Source of the DNA: Anaerohalosphaeraceae bacterium
GTDB taxonomy: Bacteria > Planctomycetota > Phycisphaerae > Sedimentisphaerales > Anaerohalosphaeraceae
Direction of reading: 5' to 3'
DNA length: 64,000 nucleotides
NCBI GenBank assembly: GCA_963675525.2
Contig: CAXXSL010000016.1
Coordinates: 768,001-832,000 of the forward strand
Below, piece after piece: positions 52,199 to 62,497 of the stretch; positions within the stretch are counted from its first letter, which is position 1, and each line of letters starts with the position of its first letter. The position numbers and the translations under genes are program-made. Under the pieces are notes generated by a model. It was not told the origin of the DNA. It saw nothing but the letters and a program-made list of their open reading frames with translations, and made no database searches.

Positions 52199-52225
52199 TC
52201 TGATGGATTTTAGAACTGCAAAAAA

Positions 52226-52254
52226 AAGAGCAGGCTGTGAATCGCCTGCTCTTT
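52226..52254. terminator. Bidirectional intrinsic terminator
   Basis: AAAGAGCAGGC...GCCTGCTCTTT with an upstream A tract, between convergent genes. Confidence 0.8.
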
Positions 52255-52282
52255 AATATCTTAAAGTTCTAACAAATGTTGC

Positions 52283-52822
52283 TTACTTCACCAGATTTTT
52301 CTTGCGGAGCCATCGAACGACGCCCATTCCCAAGAGGCCCAGACTAACGGCACCCGGAGCAGGAACAGCAACAGCTGTGATCTCTAAAGTCGAAGTCTCG
52401 ATCTCAACGCCCCAGCTCGATTCAATCATTACCTGTACCGGAATCGCGCCACTAATCCATAAAGGATCCAGATTAAAAGTCGTTGATGTCACAGGTTGGC
52501 TTGCATTACCCGGACCGGGATCGTAATTATAGTTAGTGTAGTAACCGATGTCATTCAGCAGTCCTAAGTTGTGCCAAACGCCGCCGCCGTCTTGCAGCCA
52601 AACCACATCATCTTCGTCATCGTCTACATCATCAGCAACGATGGTGAGGGTTGCAGTGTCAATTGGGCTGGCTGAAAAATCGTATGTGTGTGCCCAATTA
52701 ATCGTTCCACCAATCGAATATTGATAAACATCGACGGTTTCACTGAAGGTCGCTGCGGCCTGTGAAACATTTATGGCTAGGCACACTGTCACCATAAATG
52801 CGCATAAAAGAATTTTTTTCAT
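52283..52822 (-). CDS. PEP-CTERM-type (VPAPGA) exosortase-target surface protein
   Basis: Signal peptide; C-terminal VPAPGA + TM + RWLRKK. Confidence 0.85.
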   Translation of the reverse strand: MKKILLCAFMVTVCLAINVSQAAATFSETVDVYQYSIGGTINWAHTYDFSASPIDTATLTIVADDVDDDEDDVVWLQDGGGVWHNLGLLNDIGYYTNYNYDPGPGNASQPVTSTTFNLDPLWISGAIPVQVMIESSWGVEIETSTLEITAVAVPAPGAVSLGLLGMGVVRWLRKKNLVK

Positions 52823-53151
52823 GGTTTTCTCCCTTTCCTAAAATTATGGTTTTCTCGCTCTCCGAATTACAGGACGATTACAATGTCATAGGCAACACAC
52901 CTTCGACTGCAAGGCCAAATACATCCTCACAAAACGTCCCATAATTAACATTTCAGTGTTCAATTTTATTACTCTGTTCCTGCCAAGTCAATAAAATTCT
53001 TATTTTATTCTATTTCGACCCTCAAGAGACATTGAGTGTCTTGATTTTGTGCCCGCTTTATTCCCCATTAGTGGTCTTTTGTTAGGTTTTTAGTCGTAAT
53101 GGGCCCACTGGGTCTTTTTTTGAGTGATTATTATGCAAAAGATCTCGCCTC

Positions 53152-53691
53152 TTAATTCTTTTTTAGCTTTCGCCACAATAGAAATGTGTAAAAAACTGCC
53201 GTCAAACCCCAGAAAATCAGGCAGGCAACTTCAACTTGATGCTGGACATTGAAATAGCCAGATGGGCCATGCGACCGAATCCAACGAATGACAGGATTTT
53301 TAAGATATGGCCAGAAGATCTGCACATCGTCATGATAACAACTGTCAATGAACACATGCAGCCACGCCCCCAGCAGGCCCGCCAGGACCATCGACAAAAG
53401 TGTGGCCTTGCCGGGCAGGCCAATCAATGCAATGCTTCTTTCACTGCACCAGCGAAGCGGCTTAAGGTAGTAAACAATTGCCCCGAAAATCGCCCCGGCC
53501 AAACCGCCGATCAGCAGTGTATGGAAATGCCACACCTGATGCACGGGCCAGCCCGGCTGAATGTACCCGTCCGCCAGCACTTCAATATCAACCAGCGCAT
53601 TGGCCGCAACAAATACTGGTACATCCAACCAGCGGCGAAATAACAAGCCGACAAATCCACTCGGCCCAAAATGATACGGCGTAAACGGCAT
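53152..53691 (-). CDS. Membrane-bound metal-dependent hydrolase-like protein
   Basis: MPFTPYH, D.E, FHT, HVFIDSCYH, FWP. Confidence 0.75.
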   Translation of the reverse strand: MPFTPYHFGPSGFVGLLFRRWLDVPVFVAANALVDIEVLADGYIQPGWPVHQVWHFHTLLIGGLAGAIFGAIVYYLKPLRWCSERSIALIGLPGKATLLSMVLAGLLGAWLHVFIDSCYHDDVQIFWPYLKNPVIRWIRSHGPSGYFNVQHQVEVACLIFWGLTAVFYTFLLWRKLKKN

Positions 53692-53897
53692 AGTTTTATG
53701 ACTTATTTATTATGCATTATACTCTGTATAATGTACAACGTACAATGTAACGCACCAACTAAAAAACATCCATTGATATTATAACCACTTTTAATATAAC
53801 CAGTTACGGCTATTTATTTTGAATCACCATGAAATATTTTATTTTATTTTATAATACATTGTTATACAATATTAGTAGACCCAAAATGTGCATATTT

Positions 53898-55514
53898 CTA
53901 GCTCTTGGGGTAATATTTTGTTGATCCTGTTTTTCCTTCTGAATATATTAAATTGTCTTCCGTCATGCCTTTAATTAAGTGTTGAATTTGTCTGGTATTT
54001 AAAGAAGGGAGAACTTGTTTAAATTCCTTCAATCGACTGCCGGTATCGGAATTTTCTTGAATATGCTTCAAGAGTAATTGCCGGTTTGTTTCACGGTCCA
54101 ATCCCTTCCTTCGAGTGTATGTTCCCTTTTCCCCTGAAATCACATAGAATTTTTTAGACAGGATAAATTTATTCCGACCAACCTGTTCAATTAAATTCTC
54201 CTGCATTAAACCCCTTAAAACTTCCCGTAAATGTGAAACAATTTTTTTACTTTTATGAACTGCATCCAACACTAATAATTCACGTGTATTAAATGATTTA
54301 TTTCGTTCGGACCCCGTCCTTTCCAGAAATTTCAGGAAATTTTCATCAACCACACGACCATCTAATCTCAAGACAACCTGATGCGAATCCGCCAAAGAGT
54401 AATCCGGCAATATTTTTCCCTGTTCAATCGCTTCTTCAAACATTCGATCAGCGCCCTGGCCTGAACGTTCAACCAAACCACATTTTGCAAACGTCTCAGC
54501 AATTCTTCGATTACGGGGCATTTGTTTATCGAGAATATTCTCCGGTGTAATTCCGTCTGGGAACCCGCCGGGGCTTGTTATTTCAATCTTTTCAGGGAAT
54601 TGCCGGATAAATACAGAACCGGGATTCTGATAGTCACGATGGCTAACCGCATTTAGAATCGCTTCTCGAATTGACCGTTGACTGAAAGTAGGAATATTTT
54701 GTATAAACAACCCATCCTGAAAATGCTGCATATCATTTCTTAGATTGACCAACTCCCACAATTTATCATAATAACCAAAGAAGCCCTCCCGGAATTCTTC
54801 CCTTTGGTTCGCGGGCCCGGCGATTTCCTTTGAACGATATTCAAAAATAACTTCCGCGTGAGCAAAATGGAGCCGTCCCAGTGAACGTTTCTTGCCAAAG
54901 AGAACCAATGCAGCATAGGTAACCTCCTCACCATCAATTAACTCCACATCATGCAGTAATTGGCGATGAGACAATTGCCCCAATTTTTCATTTCCCGATT
55001 TTCGTATCCAGCGTTTACGATACTCTTCAATGGCATCTTCGGAAAGATCCTCTATCACCGCTCCCGCGCAAACCTGAGCCGAAAAGTCAGGGACAACTTC
55101 ATCGAAGATTCGCTTCAGCATATCTTCGGTCATTGCCACTAATTCTTCGCCTCTCCTCATCCAGTAAGTCTTATTGTAGCGAATCGGCACACCAATAGGA
55201 CGGGGGGGAACATGAAACACCAAAATCCGCTTTCCATCAGAAGATAATTCTTCGATATCAATTCGTAAACGGAGTGTTGTGATGAGAATTTGCTTGATTT
55301 TGTTTAAATTTAAGAATGCCCTCGTACCAATAATCTGCCTTGGCTTTTTATCTGTAACACCAAGAATCAATTTCCCGCCTTTTTCATTGGCCAATGCACA
55401 ACAATATTTCAAAAGCCGGTCGTTACTGAATTCATCCTTAGCCGTTTTAAATTCGAGATGCTCACACTCATCCGATTCGATAAGCCTTAGCAATTGATCA
55501 ACTGTTATCGACAT
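53898..55514 (-). CDS. Schlafen/AlbA_2 + HATPase_c_4 + winged-helix protein
   Basis: ECEHLEFK, ALANEKGG.LILGV, REAILNAVSHRDY, SPGGFP, RNRRIA, VERSGQG; AT-rich. Confidence 0.88.
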   Translation of the reverse strand: MSITVDQLLRLIESDECEHLEFKTAKDEFSNDRLLKYCCALANEKGGKLILGVTDKKPRQIIGTRAFLNLNKIKQILITTLRLRIDIEELSSDGKRILVFHVPPRPIGVPIRYNKTYWMRRGEELVAMTEDMLKRIFDEVVPDFSAQVCAGAVIEDLSEDAIEEYRKRWIRKSGNEKLGQLSHRQLLHDVELIDGEEVTYAALVLFGKKRSLGRLHFAHAEVIFEYRSKEIAGPANQREEFREGFFGYYDKLWELVNLRNDMQHFQDGLFIQNIPTFSQRSIREAILNAVSHRDYQNPGSVFIRQFPEKIEITSPGGFPDGITPENILDKQMPRNRRIAETFAKCGLVERSGQGADRMFEEAIEQGKILPDYSLADSHQVVLRLDGRVVDENFLKFLERTGSERNKSFNTRELLVLDAVHKSKKIVSHLREVLRGLMQENLIEQVGRNKFILSKKFYVISGEKGTYTRRKGLDRETNRQLLLKHIQENSDTGSRLKEFKQVLPSLNTRQIQHLIKGMTEDNLIYSEGKTGSTKYYPKS

Positions 55515-55535
55515 GTCGTTGATTCCTTTGTCGTC

Positions 55536-56510
55536 TTAAGCCCCCAGGTAGGCATCTTTCATCAAATAATTCTGCACATAGTCGGTGATGGCATCTTCGA
55601 GAGGGATGGTGTCTTTGGTATAGCCGGCATTTTGGATCTTTGAAATATCCGCCTGGGTGAAGTACTGGTACTTGCCCTGCAAATGTTCGGGCATCGGGAT
55701 GTATTCGATATTCGGTTCGCGGCCCACCGCCGTAAAGGTTGCCTTTGCCAGATCGTTCCAGTTTCGCGCCTTGCCGGTACCGACATTATAGAGGCCACTC
55801 AACTCGGGCCGGTCCAGAAAGAACAGCGTCATATCCACTGCATCCCGGATATAGATAAAATCGCGAAGCTGTTCGCCGTCACCAAAATCTGGTCGGTGCG
55901 ACTTGAACAGCTTGACCTGTCCGGTCGCATTGATCTGCTCGAACGCCTTGATGACGAAGCTTCGCATATCAGCCTTATGATATTCGTTCGGGCCGAATAC
56001 ATTGAAATATTTCAGCCCTACGAATTTATTCAGCAGCCCCTGCCGCTTGCACCACAGGTCAAACATTTGCTTGCTGTGGCCGTACATATTCAGCGACCGC
56101 AGTGTTTCAATCGCCGCCTCGTCATCAGCAAATCCCTGTGCCCCGTCACCGTAGGTCGCCGCACTGGAGGCATAAATAAACCGCGCGCCCATTTCCATCG
56201 CCCAACCGGCCAGCAGTTTGGAAAATTCATAATTGTTCTTGGCCAGGTACGAGCAGTCCCGCTCGGTCGTATCCGAACAGGCCCCCATGTGGATGATTGC
56301 CTCCAACTCCATCTCAACATCCGAGCCCGAAACCATCTCCGAAAAGTCATCCGCTTCCATATAGTCGGCATATGTCAGATTCCGCAGGTTTTTCCACCGC
56401 TCATCCTTGCCCAGAATATCAACAATGAGAATATCCTCGATTCCTCTTGTGTTCAGTTCTGTCACGATAGCCGAACCAATAAAGCCCGCTCCGCCGGTTA
56501 CCAGAATCAT
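55536..56510 (-). CDS. hldD: ADP-L-glycero-D-manno-heptose 6-epimerase
   Basis: TGGAGFIGS, HMGACSDT, YASSAATYG, YGHSK, YFNVFGPNEYHK, YQYFTQA. Confidence 0.95.
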   Translation of the reverse strand: MILVTGGAGFIGSAIVTELNTRGIEDILIVDILGKDERWKNLRNLTYADYMEADDFSEMVSGSDVEMELEAIIHMGACSDTTERDCSYLAKNNYEFSKLLAGWAMEMGARFIYASSAATYGDGAQGFADDEAAIETLRSLNMYGHSKQMFDLWCKRQGLLNKFVGLKYFNVFGPNEYHKADMRSFVIKAFEQINATGQVKLFKSHRPDFGDGEQLRDFIYIRDAVDMTLFFLDRPELSGLYNVGTGKARNWNDLAKATFTAVGREPNIEYIPMPEHLQGKYQYFTQADISKIQNAGYTKDTIPLEDAITDYVQNYLMKDAYLGA

Positions 56511-56767
56511 GCGGTATCCTTCCGAAATATAATGATAAAAAGTCGTCCGTTTTTACACCTAATGTCTCACACCCTCGTAAAAAGTATCCTGAAGGTGCTA
56601 AAATGTCAAAAGCTATTTTAAGATTGCCCGTTGTCTGGCCGTACAATGCACAGTTATCGGAGCCCTCGGTAGATTACGCAAAATGATTATCGCTACCCTT
56701 TATATCGGTTAAGTTACCTATTTCAGGTGCCGATATTTTGGTGTAAAGGCCAATCGGTCAGGCGCAT

Positions 56768-57091
56768 ATGACCTGTGTTGAAAATGCCTTTTTACTTGTT
56801 CAATTTTGGATATTGATGAATCTGAAGACAGAAAAAACGAACGCACTTAATCGTTGGGTAAAGGCTCTCATGAAATGGCTGCGAAACAGACCAACCTGGC
56901 AGTTCACGGTGATATTGTTTTCTGTTTTTGTCTGCGAATCAATCGTGATGGTTGCACTGCACTTCTGGCAGCTTGACACCCGCTTGGTAATTGCGGTTGA
57001 TTCGGTCATGCTGAGTTTTCTAATTTTTCCTATTCTGTCAGCGCTTCTGCTGCGTCCACAACCTTTAATATTCTATTACAAGGAGATATGA
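56768..57091 (+). CDS. Short 2-TM protein, possibly the N-terminal remnant of a sensor kinase
   Basis: Two hydrophobic helices ending LLRP; overlaps the response regulator start. Confidence 0.45.
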   Translation: MTCVENAFLLVQFWILMNLKTEKTNALNRWVKALMKWLRNRPTWQFTVILFSVFVCESIVMVALHFWQLDTRLVIAVDSVMLSFLIFPILSALLLRPQPLIFYYKEI

Positions 57092-57609
57092 TGGGTATCC
57101 CACAAAATAAACCACAGACTCAACGCAAGATGTACAGCGCTAAAGTTCTTATCGCCGAAGACAATCCAGCCAATCAGATGCTGATCAAAACCCTGCTCAA
57201 CAAGCATGGCATTGAGGTAACCTTGGTTGATGATGGCCAAAAGGCGATTGAAGCCATTCAAGATCAGGACTTTGATATGGTCTTTATGGACATGCAGATG
57301 CCGGTCATGAACGGCTATGAAGCAACGCAAGCCCTTCGGCAGGATGGATACAAAACACCGATCATCGCACTGACGGCGAATGCCATGAGCGGCGACCGCG
57401 ATAAATGCCTTGAGGTCGGCTGTAATGATTATCTGTCCAAGCCGATCGACCAGCAGAAACTGCGGGACCTGCTTGAGGAATCGTTGGGATCCAACGACGT
57501 CGAAAAACAGGTTAACCAGCTTCATGAACAAACACAGGGATTGAGCCGACTGGTGGACGAAACCACACCCACCGAACCACAATCAATTTTGAAAGAAGAC
57601 CAGCCATAA
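57088..57609 (+). CDS. Response regulator receiver-domain protein (hybrid-kinase type)
   Basis: LIAEDNPANQ, FMDMQMPVMNG, ALTANAM, YLSKP. Confidence 0.9.
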   Translation: MMGIPQNKPQTQRKMYSAKVLIAEDNPANQMLIKTLLNKHGIEVTLVDDGQKAIEAIQDQDFDMVFMDMQMPVMNGYEATQALRQDGYKTPIIALTANAMSGDRDKCLEVGCNDYLSKPIDQQKLRDLLEESLGSNDVEKQVNQLHEQTQGLSRLVDETTPTEPQSILKEDQP

Positions 57610-57641
57610 GCTGAGTGTATATCTTAAACACGCGCGCAAAC

Positions 57642-57674
57642 AAAAACGCCGGTGTCCGTATCACCGGCGTTTTT
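57642..57674. terminator. Bidirectional intrinsic terminator
   Basis: AAAAACGCCGGTG...CACCGGCGTTTTT. Confidence 0.85.
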
Positions 57675-58109
57675 AGTACAACTTGGATGGTGTCTTATGT
57701 TAATTCGTTAAAGGTCAGCAAAGAGCGATGTAGCAGCCAATCGCTAAAATCAAAATTTTCTTCTTGGTTGTGATAAACGGAATCCAGAACCGGTAATAAT
57801 ATTTTTTCATCGTGTTCTCCCATGAAACTTTTTTAACCCCCCATGACCGAAGCCATGACATTCATCACAAGCGTATTATACCGCAGGGGGGAAAACAACT
57901 CAAACAATTCCAGGCGGATAAATCTTAAGTTGTTTATTAACAGGTGTTTATGTTCAAAAAAACGGAGAGATTTTTGCCCGCCAAATCGCCCTAAAAACCA
58001 CGTTATTTTACAGTTTCTTCACACTCTCTGCATGTTCCCATAATATCAATCTTTTTGGGGTCCTTGGGCGGATATTCTTATGCCGCTAAGACTTGTCATA
58101 AGTGAATAA

Positions 58110-58141
58110 AAAAAGCCCGGCAATAATCTGTGGGCTTTTTT
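58110..58141. terminator. Probable terminator of the large GLUG gene
   Basis: AAAAAGCCC...GGGCTTTTT. Confidence 0.65.
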
Positions 58142-58167
58142 GTAAATTTTTGTCTTTTTCAAATGAT

Positions 58168-61100
58168 TTAGTTCATCGTCAACCAATTGTCTGCCAAGAT
58201 CAGTAAATCATCCAGACCAATCTGGTCATCAAGGTTGCCGTCGCAGGCGGTGTTGAATGTGTCGGGCCGGGTCTGGACATCGGTCAGCCAGTTGGCGGCT
58301 AAGGCACTAAAATCGACCAGATTCACCCCCGCCGGACAGGCATAATCACCGCCGCCGGAAAACTCCCAACTGAGCTGTGGATGGTCGACACCATCGACAC
58401 ACATCCGCCAGATTTCGTTTTCGCCGTTTGTTGATTCGCCGACAAAATCCCAGCCGACAAAGCTGGCCCGCTGTTTCATTTGTGCAGGATCAATTTGTGT
58501 GCCAACCGGATTTTCGCCGGCTGCGCTGGAATAATAACAAGCCTCCACATCCCCGCCGGAACTCCATCCCGCTATGCCACCAATAATAAACGGGGTGTAT
58601 GCAGGAATGGGATTGTCCGTATCAATTGAACCGGCCGCATGACACCTAACAACTAATCCGTTGTTGGCACCGGCAATACCGCCGAGATACTTCATTGCAA
58701 AGCCCTGCAAAGCGTCGCCAATGACAGATGTATTCGTATAACAGTCTTCAATTTGCGCAGTACCAAAGGTGCGGCGAAAACCGTTGGAACCGACCAGCCC
58801 ACCAACATTCCCCTCAGCTCTAACACAGCCGGTTACAAATGATCGTCGAATCGTTCCGTTATTCTCACCAGCCAAGCCACCAACGGTACACATGCCGTCA
58901 ATGTTGACATTCTCAACAGCGAGATTCTCGACCACGCCGCCGGTATCAACACAGCCGAATAGTCCTAAGCCGCTGAAAAACTTGCCGTGATAGGGGACCA
59001 GATGCTCTATGCCGTCTATCGATAAACCGTTAATACTATGCCCCTTGCCATTGAAATTCCCGGCGAAATATCCGATCACCGATTCAGACAATGTCTGCCC
59101 TGATAAATCAATATCATTACTGAGCATAAAATATTTATCACAATCACTTAAATGTTTTCCTAAGGTAAATAAGTGTTCGGCATCGGTCAACACATAAGGC
59201 GATTCAGCCGTTCCGTCGCCGCCCCCATACGTTCGGGAGGCATCGACAATCGGAATATATTCCGGACATTCATCCGGCCAGCAGTCAGGCGGGATTGGAT
59301 TTTCAGGCGTCCACACCCAGTCGGTATTTTCCCATGATAGACGCGGCAAGTCAAAATCTTCAGCGATCTTCCAGATGTTGTCGCCCCAGCCGACGAAGCT
59401 GTCGGCATCCTGCATCTGTGCGGTCGTCAGAGGTTTACCGCCCAGCATAAAATTCGGATCCGTCAAGTCAACGTTCCAATACGAATTCCACACCAGGCCT
59501 TCATTCAATCCGCCAACACCTGAATAGATGAAATCGCCGAGATATATCGCTTCTACGGAAGAGTAACTGTTCATCACACGTCCCCAGCTTCCGGCGTATA
59601 ATCCACCGCCAACGATTTCTTCGTACTGTACATCCGTTTGAAGCGTCAGGTCGCCTTCTGCATAACAACTACGAATGGTACCGCCGTTAAAACCGGTCAA
59701 AATACCCCCGTAAGTTGGACAGGTAACAGAACCTTTAGCGTAACATTCTTCAAGTATGCCGAAATTGGTTCCAACAAGCAGCCCGGGATACCGCGCTTGA
59801 TAATTTACTTCGCCTTCAATGCCAAGCTGTTTAACCTGTGCATCGTGTCCGAGCATACCGAAGAAGCCCATCGACTGCAAATCTTGATTGTTTTCCATGA
59901 ATAAATTCCTAATGACATGACCGCCGCCGTCCAGAGTCCCATTGAAGTACGGAATCACCGCCTCATCAAAAACAGAGGCTCCAGCCATGACCATATCCAC
60001 ATCTTCGGTCATCACAAAATGCTTGTCCCAGTCGGCCGGATAGTCGGCCAATTCGAAACTGAACAGGTATGGATGTTCTTCGCTGCCGTCGCGTGTCGGA
60101 TCCTGTCGATAAAACGGAACGCCGTGGTACAGGTTCTCTAAGGTGACCGGCGTGCCCCATCGCTGCCACTTTAACGATGGATGAGAATAATCCGGGTAAT
60201 CAGGATCGACTGTCCAGATATGCCCATCTTCTTCGTACCATGAATTGCCCTCCCATGCTTGCAAGTCTTGAACATTGCCATAATAACTGTGTGCAACAAC
60301 ACCTCCCGGAGAGCCTACCAGTGTGTCAGGACTGCCTGTTGCATAGCAACACACGATCAGACCCAAATCATTGAAACCTGCCAATGCCCCTGCAATAATG
60401 CCGGAAACGGAACAATTTGAATAACTGTCTTTGATCTTGCCATAATTCCGAGCGGCTAATCCCCCGTTATAGTTGTTCCCGCCAATCGCTCCGTTCACAT
60501 AGGATTCACGGATAGATCCGAACATCGAATTTTCAGAAACCAGACCGCCGGCATAAAGGAAACCTGTCACAACACAATCTGCTGAACAACGATAGATATC
60601 GCCATCATTAACAGCAACCAGTCCCCCCAGATTATCGCCACCTTCAACAGTTCCTTCAACGTGACAGTCAATAATTTGCCCAAGATTGAGCGTAGCCAAT
60701 ATGCCGCCGTCTCCATCCGCCATGGAAGCATCATTGATGTATAGATTTTTTACGTATCCATTCCTGTCAATGACATCGAACAACCCTAACACACCTGTCG
60801 AAGCCGCATCAACGGTTAATCCATCAATCGTACAGCCGCTACCGTCAAAAACGCCGTTGAATGTTCCAACAGGTGCGGATGTAAAGACCGTATCCGACAG
60901 GTCAATATTGGCGATTAGTTTAATATGCTTATCCCACATCGTCGAATCATTGAAAAAGTCCAGCAGGTGCTGTTTAGTATAAATGATGTATGGATTTTCC
61001 GGACTGCCCTCACCGCCGTCGATGGGCTTCATTATCAATGAGGGATAGCCGTTGTTAATATTCGGATCGATCTGCCAGAAGTCTTCGGCGCCATTGACCG

Positions 61101-62274
61101 TTTCACCCACAAAATCCCATCCGGCGTTGATAAAGGTATTCGGATTTTTCATTTCAGCAGTTGTTAATCCCTTACCGCCATAACTTTCGGTCGTGCCGGA
61201 TACTTCAATATCCCAGAAGCTTGAAAGGGCTGTACCATAAAAATCATATCCCCCTCCAGCCAACCCCTGAACATTCTCTCCGTCTTCAAGCTGACAGGCC
61301 GCATAACAATTTTCAATCTTGGCAAACTTATCCTCTTCATAATCATAGTTGGCTGCCACCAAGCCTGCTGAATCGCCATAATATGTCTCCTTCATTACTC
61401 CCAAAGCATAAGAATTTCTCACTATTCCGGAATTAAAACCACATAGACCGCTGTTGCTGTCAGTCTCCACAACAGAGTCGGAAAAACACCGATTCACAAC
61501 GCCATGGTTACGACTGACTAATCCTCCATTGCAATCCATAGAAGAACGATCTTTATCCGAAATATAACCATGTGAATAACATTGATAGATACTGCCGAAA
61601 TTATAACTTACCAAACCGGCGCCTCCATACAATATAGTCAGAGTTGAATGACTGCCGCTGTTTGCAATCAACCCATGATGGTCATAATAACTCAAGCTAT
61701 AAAAATCATAATCACCATTGATCCCTACAAGCCCCCCGATCATACAGTCAAACCAATCACCCTCTACAATTGGCCCGGCAGATCCATTGGAAAAGCAGTT
61801 GACAATCACTCCTAAATTCTGACCGGCCAAACTTCCAGCAAAACCGAAATTCCCGCCAACTTGAACCCGAATATCATAATCTGCGATAGTTAAATTTTTG
61901 ACGATCCCCTCCGGACCAATCTTTCCAAATAAACCCAAAAAGCTAAAGTCTTCCGTCTCATCAATAATTTGCATATTTTGTATGGCATATCCCTGCCCAT
62001 CCAAGAACCCCTCAAATGGTTCTTCATAAGCAACAATTGCAGAATCAATGACTTGATTGCCCGGCAGGTTCGGGTCCAGGTCTATATCGTTCATTAAGAC
62101 AAAATAAACACCTGTCGTGTCCAGATCATTAATGGCGATTAAATGGTTGGGTTCACTGATTTGGTAGGGGTTGGCTTCGATTCCTTCGCCGGGGTTGGTG
62201 TTCCAGTCGTATCCATATACGGTACAGGCAAGGCCCAGAAAAAGGCCGGTCCATAACAAACGATATCCTGACAT
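58168..62274 (-). CDS. Large secreted GLUG-repeat protein (four modules) with dockerin/EF-hand-like C-terminus
   Basis: Signal peptide; four (G)xExPY module starts; GGLVGxN repeats; DGNLDDQIGLDDLLILADNWL. Confidence 0.88.
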   Translation of the reverse strand: MSGYRLLWTGLFLGLACTVYGYDWNTNPGEGIEANPYQISEPNHLIAINDLDTTGVYFVLMNDIDLDPNLPGNQVIDSAIVAYEEPFEGFLDGQGYAIQNMQIIDETEDFSFLGLFGKIGPEGIVKNLTIADYDIRVQVGGNFGFAGSLAGQNLGVIVNCFSNGSAGPIVEGDWFDCMIGGLVGINGDYDFYSLSYYDHHGLIANSGSHSTLTILYGGAGLVSYNFGSIYQCYSHGYISDKDRSSMDCNGGLVSRNHGVVNRCFSDSVVETDSNSGLCGFNSGIVRNSYALGVMKETYYGDSAGLVAANYDYEEDKFAKIENCYAACQLEDGENVQGLAGGGYDFYGTALSSFWDIEVSGTTESYGGKGLTTAEMKNPNTFINAGWDFVGETVNGAEDFWQIDPNINNGYPSLIMKPIDGGEGSPENPYIIYTKQHLLDFFNDSTMWDKHIKLIANIDLSDTVFTSAPVGTFNGVFDGSGCTIDGLTVDAASTGVLGLFDVIDRNGYVKNLYINDASMADGDGGILATLNLGQIIDCHVEGTVEGGDNLGGLVAVNDGDIYRCSADCVVTGFLYAGGLVSENSMFGSIRESYVNGAIGGNNYNGGLAARNYGKIKDSYSNCSVSGIIAGALAGFNDLGLIVCCYATGSPDTLVGSPGGVVAHSYYGNVQDLQAWEGNSWYEEDGHIWTVDPDYPDYSHPSLKWQRWGTPVTLENLYHGVPFYRQDPTRDGSEEHPYLFSFELADYPADWDKHFVMTEDVDMVMAGASVFDEAVIPYFNGTLDGGGHVIRNLFMENNQDLQSMGFFGMLGHDAQVKQLGIEGEVNYQARYPGLLVGTNFGILEECYAKGSVTCPTYGGILTGFNGGTIRSCYAEGDLTLQTDVQYEEIVGGGLYAGSWGRVMNSYSSVEAIYLGDFIYSGVGGLNEGLVWNSYWNVDLTDPNFMLGGKPLTTAQMQDADSFVGWGDNIWKIAEDFDLPRLSWENTDWVWTPENPIPPDCWPDECPEYIPIVDASRTYGGGDGTAESPYVLTDAEHLFTLGKHLSDCDKYFMLSNDIDLSGQTLSESVIGYFAGNFNGKGHSINGLSIDGIEHLVPYHGKFFSGLGLFGCVDTGGVVENLAVENVNIDGMCTVGGLAGENNGTIRRSFVTGCVRAEGNVGGLVGSNGFRRTFGTAQIEDCYTNTSVIGDALQGFAMKYLGGIAGANNGLVVRCHAAGSIDTDNPIPAYTPFIIGGIAGWSSGGDVEACYYSSAAGENPVGTQIDPAQMKQRASFVGWDFVGESTNGENEIWRMCVDGVDHPQLSWEFSGGGDYACPAGVNLVDFSALAANWLTDVQTRPDTFNTACDGNLDDQIGLDDLLILADNWLTMN

Positions 62275-62497
62275 GAAAATTTTCCTTCCATCAAATTTAA
62301 TAATTGTTCTGCTTCAACCACCCCGAGGTGTGTCCTTCACACAAACATCCTCTATATCGGCCAATTAGTGGTGTTATCAGTAGTAATAATGCGTTCTTTA
62401 TCATACTGGTTTGTTGTGACCTCCCGTAAACGGCCGATAAAAACTTTATCTTTTTCATTGTTTTTGCCGATAAGATTTACAACTGTTTGGAGTGTCT

